A stretch of DNA of 63,956 nucleotides, filler included, from Hausera hauseri (GCA_046269625.1; 12 parts of 12 records of this genome joined end to end with filler, not necessarily neighbours in it), one strand, 5' to 3'; positions 27,178 to 38,640 are shown, counted from the first letter of the whole stretch. Numbers and translations are program-made. Notes: a model not told the origin generated them from the letters alone.

Positions 27178-27883
27178 TATGAAATTGAAACAGAATAACG
27201 GAGCGAAGGATTCAACTGAGACTGACATGTGAACAATTTCTTGACCGTTCGAAACCACTTGATTGATAGTTTAGAATGACACCAGATAAACCGTCCCACA
27301 AAAAGGCGTCAGAAAGACTAGTGAACTGGTCTATTACAAGTAAGGGGCTATCTGACTGATGGTGGCCAGTTTCAGTTTTAGATAGTGTGTATGTCTATTT
27401 TATTTGGTTTTTATTATGTCTTCCTCCCCAGCAACTTAACCCTTATATCTGACCATCCATTTCTGGAGGTAAAGGGGGGGGGGGTAGAGGAAGTTAAAGA
27501 GAGAAAATAAAACNNNNNNNNNNNNNNNNNNNNNNNNNNNNNNNNNNNNNNNNNNNNTTAATTAATTAANNNNNNNNNNNNNNNNNNNNNNNNNNNNNNN
27601 NNNNNNNNNNNNNGTTAAACACATTTATTAACGAACAAATTTAGTTAAAGATATTGCAACTGCACCAGGAAGAATACTACACACATGTAAAACATTTCTG
27701 TCTTTTTCTAAATTCATCTCTAATGTTTGTGATCAATACCGATCGAACAACAAATTCTACATAGTCTTTCTTTGACAAAAAGTATTCATCCTCTAGTTCA
27801 TTAAGAAATTGGACAGTCTATTTCCCCACTGCATATTTCATTTGTGAGCCGTTTAATTTCAGCCTCTAAATTTATTTTTTAAT

Positions 27884-28941
27884 TCTAACAAGGGAACTTA
27901 CCCTGCTGGTAGCCGGATTTTTAGTTGCCACCTATTTAGGAATATACCATTTTTGATGCTGATTGTGAATGTGAAAAAATTTTTTGCAATGGCGTCATGA
28001 TTGTTTTGAAAAATTAAATTTCATTTTAATAGAAAAATAACGGATTCATGAGAAATTAAATATTTTTTAATAATTTTATAAACAAATTTGTTTAAATATT
28101 TAATCTATTTATGCTACATTTTGATTTTTCTTTACATTTTGCTTTTAATTATGGCAACTGCTGCAAAATGGCATTTTTTGATCTGACAAATACTGCCTAT
28201 CAGGTTTGTTCAATTTAATGTCTATTTTTAAATGACGTTTTCATTTAAATCACATTGTTAGCCAGTTGTCGATTGTTCCATTTTGGCAAAAGGCATGTGT
28301 TGTTGACACGAATATTTCGCTCTATCCATCTGATGGAGTCGGTTGTAAAGGAGAAATTGTCTTTGAAGAGGAACCATTAGACACAGAAAAGGCTGTCGAA
28401 TCGATAATTAACGATGAAATTGACAGAGAAGAGGAAATCGTGAATTATGAATTGAACAAGACCGATGGCAAAGAAGTGGGAGTTGAGAAGATCCAAAATA
28501 TCATTCGGGCATTCGATCGAATGACAACATCGAAACAGCCAATGAAGAAGTAAAATCTCGACGAAGTGGTTTTGTATTGGTTTTTGTATTGTTTGTAGTT
28601 TCATTGCAGTAGGACTATGAATTGATTATGCCGCCGATTGATTCATTAGATCAGGATGTTATTCGAAAGAATATTCTCTTTAAACTTTTGAGGACGATGT
28701 TGGTTTTAAATTTTGCTTAATATTTTAAATTGTGTGGTGAATTTTGCGTTTTCATCTGCAGCAAATAATTTATCCCAGACATGCAGCTCATAGAGCAATT
28801 GTATCATATACTCATGTAGACAACTTTATATTTGTGGGTATTAAATACTCTCAGTCTTTCTGCCGTGTTTGATTGTAAATCTGGTGATCGGCAAACTATC
28901 AGAAGTCATTTTAATAATTATAATTAATTAATAATTAACAA
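27884..28941 (+). repeat. Copy 1 of a >=1.05-kb dispersed repeat starting TCTAACAAGGGAACTTACC (right end undefined)
   Basis: Colinear and highly similar to 32805-33883. Confidence 0.9.
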
Positions 28942-30268
28942 TGATTTTGTAAATAATTTATAAAGTTTACATATTATTTTGATTGAATGAAATTTTATTT
29001 TCCTCATTCATTCTAGCAGCAAACCAATTATTAGGGAACTTGACATTGAAATGACAACGTTTGTGAAGGAATTCGCCAAATTCTCGATAACATTCAAGTG
29101 AGTCATTTGTCTGATATAATTAGTAATGGTGATTGTGTGTATTTAGATTGACGTCACGCAACATTCTGTTCAGTTTGAAGGAGGTCCAGTAGCTCACTAC
29201 TTTCCTCATCGATTTTCTCTTTCCAGATTCGGTGTCCCACTCGAAACGGCTGCATATCCTGCAGGAATACTGCACGTCGAAACCGGAAATGTACAATGAG
29301 GCAGCGGAAAAATTTCGCCAAACGCTGAAACAATCAAAGGTCTTATTCTATGGTGATAGTGTGATGTGATGTTTCATTTTGATTTGTATGTTTATTGCCT
29401 AGATTAATAAGTGTGTTTGTCAAGCTTTATCAATTTTATATTAACGGCCATAATAGGTTTATGTTGGAACATCAAAGGTGAATTTAGGCCACGCGGTTTA
29501 ATCTCCAATCAGGTCATATTTCATGAGATCGGCAGTGAACCTCTTAATCCGTTTATGTTACCACTTAATAATGAAGAAATGTATTTGACACTATTTCGTA
29601 ACAGAAATTCTTTGAAATATTGGAATCATGCTCGTCCTTTAAATAAATATGAAAACAGCATTACCGCATTAACTGACGGCAGAGATTCTTTTGATGCTTT
29701 GAATTATGTTGTTGGTAAACATGGGAAATGTTTAGTAAAAATGCATTTCTGTATCAGTATGAAAAATATGGATTGACGAAAAATGTTTTTCCGGATTCTT
29801 TTGCCAATTGTGAACATATTGTACATAATTATGTCTTTGCAATAAAACGGTTTCCTTTTTTACTGTAAATATGGGTAATTTTTATAACAAATAATCAGCG
29901 AGACACCCAAAATATAATGGTGATTAATAATTTAAAAATTTAAGTTCGCGAATATTTCTGTCAATGGAGCAATAGGTGATCAAAGATTTTTACCAATATC
30001 AAGTTTTACCTTGTACATTTGATCAAAATGCTGAATTCCTATGCTGATGCATTATGATTAATGAAGCATGTAAAAGTATTTCTGAAGAAGAAAAATGGCG
30101 GAAGACGGTGATTGTAAATTTACTTGCAGTTTTGGTGCTATGTATTTTTGAATAAAAAATATAAATATACATAATACTAATTCGTCTTTTTTACTAAGAA
30201 ACAAGAAAATTAAATTTTGTTAAAATTCACAAAAACTTTAAAAACAACACTGTGAAAATTTTAGTTAG

Positions 30269-30700
30269 TTACATAAAATAAAAGTGTCCATGAGGTAATG
30301 TTGATATTCTATCTGCCTGAATAAATCGCTTGTCATCGAAGAAGCTAAGACCTTTCTTTCCTAGTACATTAGTTGTCACGACATGGTCATGTGACACAAT
30401 TCGTCGCATGTCTGACAAAAGAGTAGATTGATTGTTAAGGACCAAAATATATTCTTGAAACGAGATGTTTCTCCAGTGTAGCTCTCTGAACACCTTTGGC
30501 CTTTTTCTTAATTTGTCAATTCACATTAAGAGCGTATATTTTCGGGAAAAGTTCAACATAAGCAGTAATAATTTTGCTGCTTCTTTAATCCTTAAATTTT
30601 CCCCAAATTTTTTATTTAATATGGAGAAGTTTCTATAATTCCTTTGATAATCTGATGTGTCAAAGAAATGTAACAAATTATATGAATCACTGAATACGTC
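30269..30700 (-). pseudogene. Polinton pPolB C-terminal fragment
   Basis: DVFSD..LLHFFDTSDY, NKK..GKFKD, KKAKGVQR, LSFFDDKRFI..TLPHGH. Confidence 0.9.
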
Positions 30701-32136
30701 TGAGGTGCCTGCGTCGACCGTCGCCCTCTAACCATTCGGTTGGGCACGGCCGGGCTTCCGCTGCCGGCACGTCGGGCACATAGGCAGGCCCCCGATCTTC
30801 TGGTTCGAGACGTGCGGGATCCGATTAAATTAGAAAATATTTGACGTTGCTGTTTTTCAAAGATTCGCGAAAATGGAATTCAAGGAAACAAAAATATTGT
30901 TGGGAAAAGGTCGATGTGACTTAAGATAACTCATGGTATGTTATCCGAGCTTGCTACCAAAATCATACAATGATGATCCATACCATGAATTTGAAAACAT
31001 ATACAGTAACCAGGAAATGCTTCACATTCTTCCAAGTCCAACAGTGCCAAAGTTGGTCAAATGTGAAAATACAAACATCGATTTCCCACAGTTGAACATA
31101 CCCCGACTCATTCTCCAAGAACATAAAAATTTCATCCTGTTTCTCCACCAGCCGCTAAACTGTCAGATGATATATTATGTTCGAATTCTCCCGATTATAT
31201 TTCCCCAACCGGAGTGAATGCTCATAGTTGCACAGTAACCAAAATTCTTAAAAATACTTCAAGGTCAAACAAAAATTCTTTCCCAGTTTTTTAATACAGA
31301 CAATATTTTCAGAAGCAGGCATTTTGTTTCACAGATTACATTCTACGAATTTATCAATCGTCATTTTACTCGAATTTCGTGCCATCAGAATTAACAGAAT
31401 TTTTGAAATTTATTAACGCGGATATGTGGAATCCGATGGAAAGTTATTTTCTGAGACGTTGCGGACATTTGCAAACAGACTTCAGGTGCTCGTAGAAAAC
31501 GTTTGGTTGTTATATCCACGTTTTGTAATAATATTTCACTTACTTGTTAAACACATCTGATTATAATTTTGCGTAATATTTCGTTGTGATAACATTTTGA
31601 TTCGCTGTCGTTTTCCACGCATTTTAGGAATTTCGACATAGCTGGAGAATATTAATTATCGACACTACTCTAGTCGACTCAAACTTTGATCTAGACTCAC
31701 CGATTGTCAAAATTTTCGGCGCAGTCTCGAAATTTCACAAATTGGCAGACCAGTTCATAATCATAGAATTTTACTATATACTCCCGAATCAAACGACGTT
31801 TTCAGAGTAGCACATACTTGTTCAAAACTTTTATACGTAGTGATTGTTTGTGCCACACGACTTTAACTTCAAATTTGTAACACCTCGTATTTTCTGTACA
31901 AAAGTATCTCTGTTGATTTTCTCACTTGTGATTTAGTGCGAATTTAACTTTTGTTTTGTTTTAATAGTGTAAAAAATTTTTACAACCACGTGAAAAGTTT
32001 GATTTAAAAATACAAGTTAATTTACTAGCCATCTTAAATTTGGAGATTTTTTTATACCACAGACTGTTTTCAAATCTATCTTTTGGGATTTATATTGTGT
32101 CTATATTCGAATATTTATCAGTCAGATTTTATAACA
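30701..32136 (-). mobile_element. 1436-bp TG..CA insertion (probable solo LTR) inside pPolB
   Basis: The ends are TG...CA, flanked by ACGTC/GCGTC (5-bp target duplication, one mismatch). Removing the insert and one TSD restores MDTDSVIYHILSDDVFSD...DTSDY in frame. Confidence 0.75.
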
Positions 32137-32807
32137 GCGTCATCAGATAGAATATGATATATGACTGAATCCGTATCCATATACATTAATTGAATGTTTG
32201 GGAAATTGGGCTTCATCACATTGTAATGGAAGTCATACATGAGTATTTTTGACAAATCAAGTATCGACATTCCAACATAAATCGGCTTGCTGAAATTCAG
32301 AGTCAACTTTTGCATTTTGATACTAGCAAGATTTTCCGAATAAATAGTGCTGTGTAAAAATTTAGATTTGCAATTAAATTTTTTGCTCTTGTCCGGTCGT
32401 TGACCAGCTCAATTGACAGCCTATTTCTTGTATTCTCCATAGTTTTTCCAAAAACTGAGTTGTACAATTTGAATTGATCGTTTTCAAAATTGTTTGTCGC
32501 ATTTGTTCGAAGATCTGTATTGAATTGAATATAAGGTAATGCTCATAATATCTATGCTATCCGGATATTCTACCCACTTAAAATTATCGTGTGGGAGTCT
32601 GATACTCATTGTTCAACCATACAAGTTGTTAGTATTCAGATATGTGATGAAAAATGATAGTTTTGTTTCATTACAATTTAACATATACGTATTATTTACC
32701 TCTGCATGCCTATGGACTACCTGACAAATTCCTCTTCAATTCCCCCTTTCAAGCATCAACATAATATCATAGACCTTGAGTATATGCAATTTCACTCCAG
32801 TATATCT
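32137..32807 (-). pseudogene. Polinton pPolB palm fragment with an internal deletion
   Basis: RYTGVKL, RGICQVVHRHAE, YLNTNNLYG, then a jump to PYIQFNT..KLYNSVFGKTMEN, KPIYVGMSILDLSK and YMDTDS. Confidence 0.92.
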
Positions 32808-33883
32808 AACAAGGGAACTTACCCCGCTGGTAGCCGGGTTTTCAATTGCCACCTATTCAGGAATATACTATTTTTGATGCTGATTGTGAATATGAAAAAA
32901 ATTTTTGCAATGGCGCTATGATTGTTTTGAAAAAATTAAATTAAATTTCATTTTAATAGAAAAATAACGGATTCATGAGAAATTAAATATCTTTTTAATA
33001 ATGTTATAAACAAATTTGTTTAAATATTTAATTTTTTATGCTACATTTTGATTTTTCTTTACACTTTGCTTTTAATTATGCCAACTGCTGCAAAATGGCA
33101 TTGGTGGAACTGACAAATACTGCCTATCAGGTTTGTTCAATTTAATGAATATTTTTAAATAACGTTTTCATTTACATCATATTTTTAGCCTGGTTGTCGA
33201 TTGTTCCATTTTGGCAAAAGGCATGTGTTGTTGATACAAATATTTCGCTCTATCCGTCTGAATGAGTCGGTTGTAAAAGAGAAATTACCTTTGAATAGGA
33301 ATCAATAAACACAGAAAAGGCTGTCGAATCGATAATTAACGATGAAATTAACAGAGAAGAGAAAATCGTGAATTATGAATTGAACAAGACCGATGGCAAA
33401 GAAGTGGGAGTTGAGAAGATCCAAAATATCATTTGGGCATTCGATTGAATGACAACATCGAAACAGCCAATGAAGAAGAAAAATCTCGACGAAGTGGTTT
33501 TGTAATGGTTTTTATTGGTTTTTGTATTTGTATTGTTTGTAGTTTCATTGCAGTAGGACTATGAATTGATTAGGCCGCCAATTGATTCATTAGATCAGGA
33601 TGTTATTCGGAAGAATATTCTCGTTAAACGTTTGAGGACGATGTTGGTTTTGATTTTTGTTTAATTTAAATTGTGTGGTGAATTTTGCGTTTTTCATCTG
33701 CAGCAAATAATTTATCCCAGACATGCAGTTCATGGAGCAATTGTATCATATACCCATGTAGACAACTTTATATTTGTGGGTATTAAATACACTCCGTCTT
33801 TCTGCGGTGTTTGATTGTAAATCTGGTGATCGGCAAACTATCAGAAGTCATTTTAATAATTATAATTAATTAATAATTAACAA
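32805..33883 (+). repeat. Copy 2 of the dispersed repeat; it interrupts pPolB
   Basis: It begins exactly where the pPolB homology (…RYTG) stops and runs to the contig end. Confidence 0.9.
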
Positions 33884-33983
33884 NNNNNNNNNNNNNNNNN
33901 NNNNNNNNNNNNNNNNNNNNNNNNNNNTTAATTAATTAANNNNNNNNNNNNNNNNNNNNNNNNNNNNNNNNNNNNNNNNNNNN

Positions 33984-34457
33984 CTTGTATTGGGAAAACA
34001 CCGAGTAGTGGTTTACACCGAATCGCCTCAAAACCAATGCGACATGGGAGTTGTAAAATTCTTTACCCAAATCCGTTTGTACATGTTTCGGTGATTGCTG
34101 TTGGTTTATTAATGTGTGAACAGCGCCGGCAACCTCTTTATCGGATTTATGTTTCACGGCAACTGCACGTTCAAAACGACTGAACACATCAATATACATC
34201 AGCGCGTACCGATACACATCGTTAATGCTGGCGTACGGAATCATTTCTATCAGATCCATTTGCCATGCATTACTTACGCTTGAAGCACGGTATGAATAAG
34301 TTGGAAACCGTTTTCTTCTTGGCTTGTGAAGGTTGTATGCCGACTGTTTCACCAGCCAACGTTTGGACTGTCGCTGACTCTGTTTGACAGTCTTTACCAG
34401 TTTGTTGACACCAGTATACCCGGCAGGATGACGCAGATCGAACCACACGTCGCTCAT
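33984..34457 (-). CDS. Polinton retroviral-like (rve) integrase, N-terminal part
   Basis: HPAGYTGV.KL, YNLHKPRRKRF, WQMDLIEM, IDVFSRF, VQTDLGKEFYN, NHYSVFS. The frame is open up to the contig end. Confidence 0.95.
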
Positions 34458-34599
34458 CGTTGTCGTCGGTGTTGTCAATAATGTCGTTTTTGTTAGCATT
34501 GCAGCAATTAGAACGAAATATTAATGAATGATTCGGTAAACTGGGACAAAATGATGAAAATAATGCGCCCATATAACTACATCATCATATACTTACCGT

Positions 34600-34933
34600 C
34601 ATTGTGTATACTAAAACTGTTCCGCCAATGATTACCCAGTAATGACGTGACAACGGGTACAATTTCACCAAGAAATTCGCTATATTGCTAGTACATGACT
34701 TCTCTTTTCAGTCGTTTACTACGAGCGTTGGCAAGGCCAATGAGTCGTTTTAGATACTTTAGTAAATTCCGCTTTCCATTACCAATGTCAACGTTACCCA
34801 CAACGATATTGTATAAAATTTCCATTAAATCGTCTACTACAAATTGCGAGAATGATCGCAGCATGTCCCGTTTATGTCTCAACGGTGCTTTAAGCAAAGC
34901 AATAAAGTGCGGTTAACTAAGTTTGGAACGCAT
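34600..34933 (-). pseudogene. Polinton small basic core protein (adintovirus pVII-like)
   Basis: MEILYNIVVGNV..GKRNLLKY.KRL..LA...KRLKRE...Q.SEFL..IVP matches the conserved small protein found between ATPase and integrase. It has two in-frame stops. Confidence 0.65.
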
Positions 34934-34985
34934 GATTCAATCAATAAATGAATGAACGAATATTGATGTATCTAATTGTAGTTGT

Positions 34986-35231
34986 TTACAATCGTTGCCA
35001 CCTTGATGAAAACCTGCGTCTCGCTGCTGATATCGTTCTTGTTGTTGTTATTGTTCAAAGCACAGAACTGATCAATCGCTTGACTGTAGCGTTGCGTTTT
35101 GATGTATTTGACGCACGTTTCTTCTTGGATAGCTGTTTGGTTGGTTTACGTTCAACGATTGTTTTACGGAAATTTTTCATTTTACTACTAATACTACTGT
35201 CGTGTCGATTTTCGAATTTGTTTTTAGACAT
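34986..35231 (-). pseudogene. Small Lys/Arg-rich protein downstream of the ATPase
   Basis: MSKNKFENR...KKKRASNTSKR...RWQRL*, with one internal stop. Position and composition fit a Polinton core-protein gene. Confidence 0.4.
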
Positions 35232-35241
35232 ATACACCTTT

Positions 35242-35885
35242 CTATTTGAAAATATCTGTTCGTACGCGCATGTCATCGGGATACTGTCGTGTAAAGTCAA
35301 TAAGCAGATATCCATGCGGTTTTTTCGTAGCATCATGATATGCATCTATCAAGTAGGCTTGGTGGTGAGGAAATGCTTGTCGTGCAACATAATCAATGAT
35401 AGTCTGATCACGGGGATTTTTGAACAACACCAAATAGTGTACGTTTGATTTCTTGTTCGATGCTGTCCGCCCTCATAAAACATGTTTTTCATAATGAAAA
35501 TAACCGTTGCGCTACGGTGCCGTGAAATCTTCGTGAACAGGTTGTTGAAGTCCGATTGTTTCGAGGCTTCCTAAAATAAATCGTCAATGACAATAACGTC
35601 ACCTTTGCGTAATCTCTCTGACCAGCTCTCATCAAACCCATCAAGTACCGTTATCGATTTCAGTTGACAAAATTCCCGATGTGTCAACCGGACTCAGCAT
35701 TATCACCAACACTGTGATGCCAGTATATGTGACTGTACCGCGGTGAATGGAACATGTCGCGGTAGTTCTGCATTAGTTTACACACAAAATGTGTTTTGCC
35801 ACTTGCACTGGGTCTACAATCTGGAAAATGGCATTATTCTGCAGCTTTACCTAATAATAGTAATAATGCAACCTTTCCTCACCAT
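35242..35885 (-). pseudogene. A32/FtsK-like DNA packaging ATPase
   Basis: Walker A (G)PSASGKT, Walker B VIVIDDLF, LFTKISRHR, LFKNPRD, PHGYLLIDF..RVRTDIF. Frameshifts and stops are present. Confidence 0.93.
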
Positions 35886-35914
35886 ATGATTTGTTTATAA
35901 TCGTGTTACACGCG

Positions 35915-35937
35915 TATAAATAACTATAGTATAAATA
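35915..35937 (+). promoter_or_regulatory. Two TATAAATA boxes in the divergent ATPase/TBP-like intergenic region
   Basis: TATAAATA at 35915-35922 and 35930-35937, upstream of the ATG at 35949. Confidence 0.45.
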
Positions 35938-35948
35938 CTGTTTCCATA

Positions 35949-36395
35949 ATGTTAGCTAATATCAACTATCGCGGACATGTTGCCGACTGTGACATGAACA
36001 CACTACCTTTTAATTCGTGGAAGCCGAGGCAGTACGTCCTCAATGTCCACCGGATTTTACATGCATCTTATTTCAATCGGAAAAGTGTCGTATTATGGGT
36101 TGTCGCAAACCAATCACATCTGATACACTACTACCATTCGGGATAGTTATTGACCAAATCCAATCAATAACGGTAACGACTCAGTTAGACTACCACCAAA
36201 CAATCAATCTGTACAAATTAGTAATGGCCACTACTGAATGTACATACGAACCCGAACTGTTTCCTGCACTGAGTCTGACATCGTTTTAACCACTGTGTGT
36301 CAATGTGTTTAGCAGTGGAAAAATTTTTGTACTTGGTATTTGAAGAGTGGACTATGAACCTATTATTAATCAAATTAAAAATCACATAAATATTT
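35949..36395 (+). pseudogene. TATA-binding-protein (TBP)-fold protein
   Basis: Repeat 1: LANINY...CILFQSEKCRIMG. Repeat 2: IQSITVT.QL..TINLYKL...YEPELFPAL....P..VNVFSSGKIFVLG (compare TBP YEPELFPGL...LIFVSGKVVLTG). One frameshift and two stops. Confidence 0.85.
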
Positions 36396-36475
36396 TACTG
36401 AATCAAAACAATATACATTGTACAACAACAACAAACTATACATACCACTCCAATGTCCCTTCAGACATTACTACC

Positions 36476-36736
36476 ATGGAAGACGACGACAACGACAAAA
36501 CGATTCTACTCAATGATGCCAATGATAAACGTTCAGATTGGTCGTGGTTATTTGGCTACAAAAAGGACAATTCTAATGTCAAAATGCTGGAACCACCTGT
36601 CCGACAATTAGAAAAACCGGGTGATTGTCTGCAGGCCGATTGTCTGGAAACGAAACAGGAACTTGTTCAGAAAGCCGCAGCAGCAGCAAAACCGACGTTA
36701 AAAAAACAAAATGCAATAATTGGAATAAGTAAATGA
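36476..36736 (+). CDS. Hypothetical protein
   Basis: Open frame MEDDDNDK...DWSWLFGYKK...KPTLKKQNAII* within the Polinton accessory block. No known motif. Confidence 0.35.
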   Translation: MEDDDNDKTILLNDANDKRSDWSWLFGYKKDNSNVKMLEPPVRQLEKPGDCLQADCLETKQELVQKAAAAAKPTLKKQNAIIGISK

Positions 36737-37266
36737 AAATCAAAACCGTCGGCGCGCCAAACACAGATATTTTTACAGAAACGAATTTTTCGCAAGTACG
36801 ATATGCATTTTCTGCAAACGCACATACTGATTTCATTGAATGATCTCGTGTCTCTATGTGCACCCAAGTACAGCTGTCGTGTGAAACGGCTTTCGGGTAA
36901 AAATTTGGATAAAACTACTGATGCTCTACATCAATTAAATGTGGATTTAAAGTTAAACGAAACCATCGTGCAATAGCATTCAGTCGATTTACCGGCACAG
37001 AAAACGAATTTGTTTCATTTTATCGGTCGCAAAATGTCTCATATACCCGATGGCGATGATAGTGGTTTAAAGTGTCGACTTAACATTGAATTGCAAAGAT
37101 ACAAGGAAAAAGCTGGTATCAGAAACCCGATTTGGCATGTAGCTGAAGCACATTTTAATTCTCAATAAATTTTGTTGTTGTTTTACCGTTCTTCTTCTTC
37201 TTCTTTCATCAACCCAAATAACAAGTATAAATATACGTGTAATTCTAAAAAATTGGCACAAGAATA

Positions 37267-37739
37267 ATGATAAAGAATGACGTAAAGATTATCTTAACAG
37301 ACGAAAATGCCTTTGTACCGAGACGTGTTACATCAAACAATGCAGGCTACGATGTGTTTTCCAATGTCAATTCGACAATTCCGGACAGCACAATCAAATG
37401 CATAACAACTGGGATTCGATTGGCGATTCCATCGGGTTACTAAGACCAACTTTTATCGAAAAGCGGACTGGCAAAGCTCGGACTGACGGTTGCGGGGGCG
37501 TTGTCATTGATTCAGATTTTCGTGGTGAAATTAAGGTGTTTCTGGAAAACCAATCCGGCGAACCGTATGCTTTTTCGAAAGGCAGTGCAATCTAACAAAT
37601 CGTTTTTCTTCGCTGTGAAGAGGCGGAATTCAGTGTAATGTCACCGGTACAATGGAAGTTGTTTTGTGTCAATGAATCAACGCGAAAATAACGCAAAGAA
37701 TTTTGCTTTGGTGATATGGACAAAACCAACTTTGTTTAA
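37267..37739 (+). pseudogene. dut: Trimeric dUTPase
   Basis: All five motifs occur in order: AGYDV, SKSGLA, VIDSDFRGEIKV, I*QIVF, and a degenerate R...FG. Stops and a frameshift are present. Confidence 0.92.
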
Positions 37740-37816
37740 TGATTGTGATAATAAAAATAACAGTTAGTTGTTTTGTTTGTGTTATAAACAAAAATTGATT
37801 TTGTACATGATAAGTA

Positions 37817-38303
37817 ATGGCGACAGGATGTATAGATATTGAAGCTTTCCAAGATCATAATGCTTGGTACCTGATAAAGGAATTATGCATTATGGACGTC
37901 ACTAACATTTTCGAACCACTTCTGTACATATTAAAGCCTGGTATTGTGTGGAAGGACCTGACGGAAAAGCGAAAATTACTAACGGATTTCTCTTTCTACA
38001 TTGTGATGGATTCATTGGTATGAAGGCAATTCAATTTTCTGTGAGATTTGTATTATGGAAGATATTTGTGATCGTTTTGACATTGAAAATACCACATTTT
38101 ACATTAAAGATAAAATTGGTGGACAAAAGTTTACACAACTCCATTGACAGTTTCCCGAGCTGCGAATGACGACTTATTCAACATCAAATAGCTCGCTGGC
38201 AATGGTACCTGACAATATCCGATGTCCGTATCGTGATCATGGAATGCATTGTGCTTATAAAAAAGGTCTAAGGCTTTGTATTGACTATATTTCATGCAAA
38301 TAA
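37817..38303 (+). pseudogene. DEDD/DnaQ-like nuclease of the Maverick-associated type
   Basis: IDIEAFQ....LIKELC, KP...W..L, H.WYEG, QK....FPELR, CPYRDH..HCAYKK. Frameshifted. Confidence 0.6.
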
Positions 38304-38640
38304 ATGTATACATATTTCTGTGTTTCTTTATTTCTTTCTTTCTTTCTGTAAAGAAGGTTTGTATTGGTCGAATAAATAGTTCAAAACTATGAATACGGGT
38401 ACGCGGTGAGTTAAAGAGCTTGAAAGAGAAAATAATGGGCAGTTTATGTGTGTACTATGTAAAGAAAAAAAGTCTATAGGGTATTCTTAATGTGCGACGA
38501 TCTCGTTGTTTGGCAAATGTTTTCCACCACCACCACCACCNNNNNNNNNNNNNNNNNNNNNNNNNNNNNNNNNNNNNNNNNNNNTTAATTAATTAANNNN
38601 NNNNNNNNNNNNNNNNNNNNNNNNNNNNNNNNNNNNNNNN

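Noticed and set aside
30933-31217. ORFs inside the 1436-bp insertion, including a faint cNMP-binding-like GxxxNFYV string
   Set aside because: They are short and stop-interrupted with no further motif support, consistent with non-coding LTR sequence.
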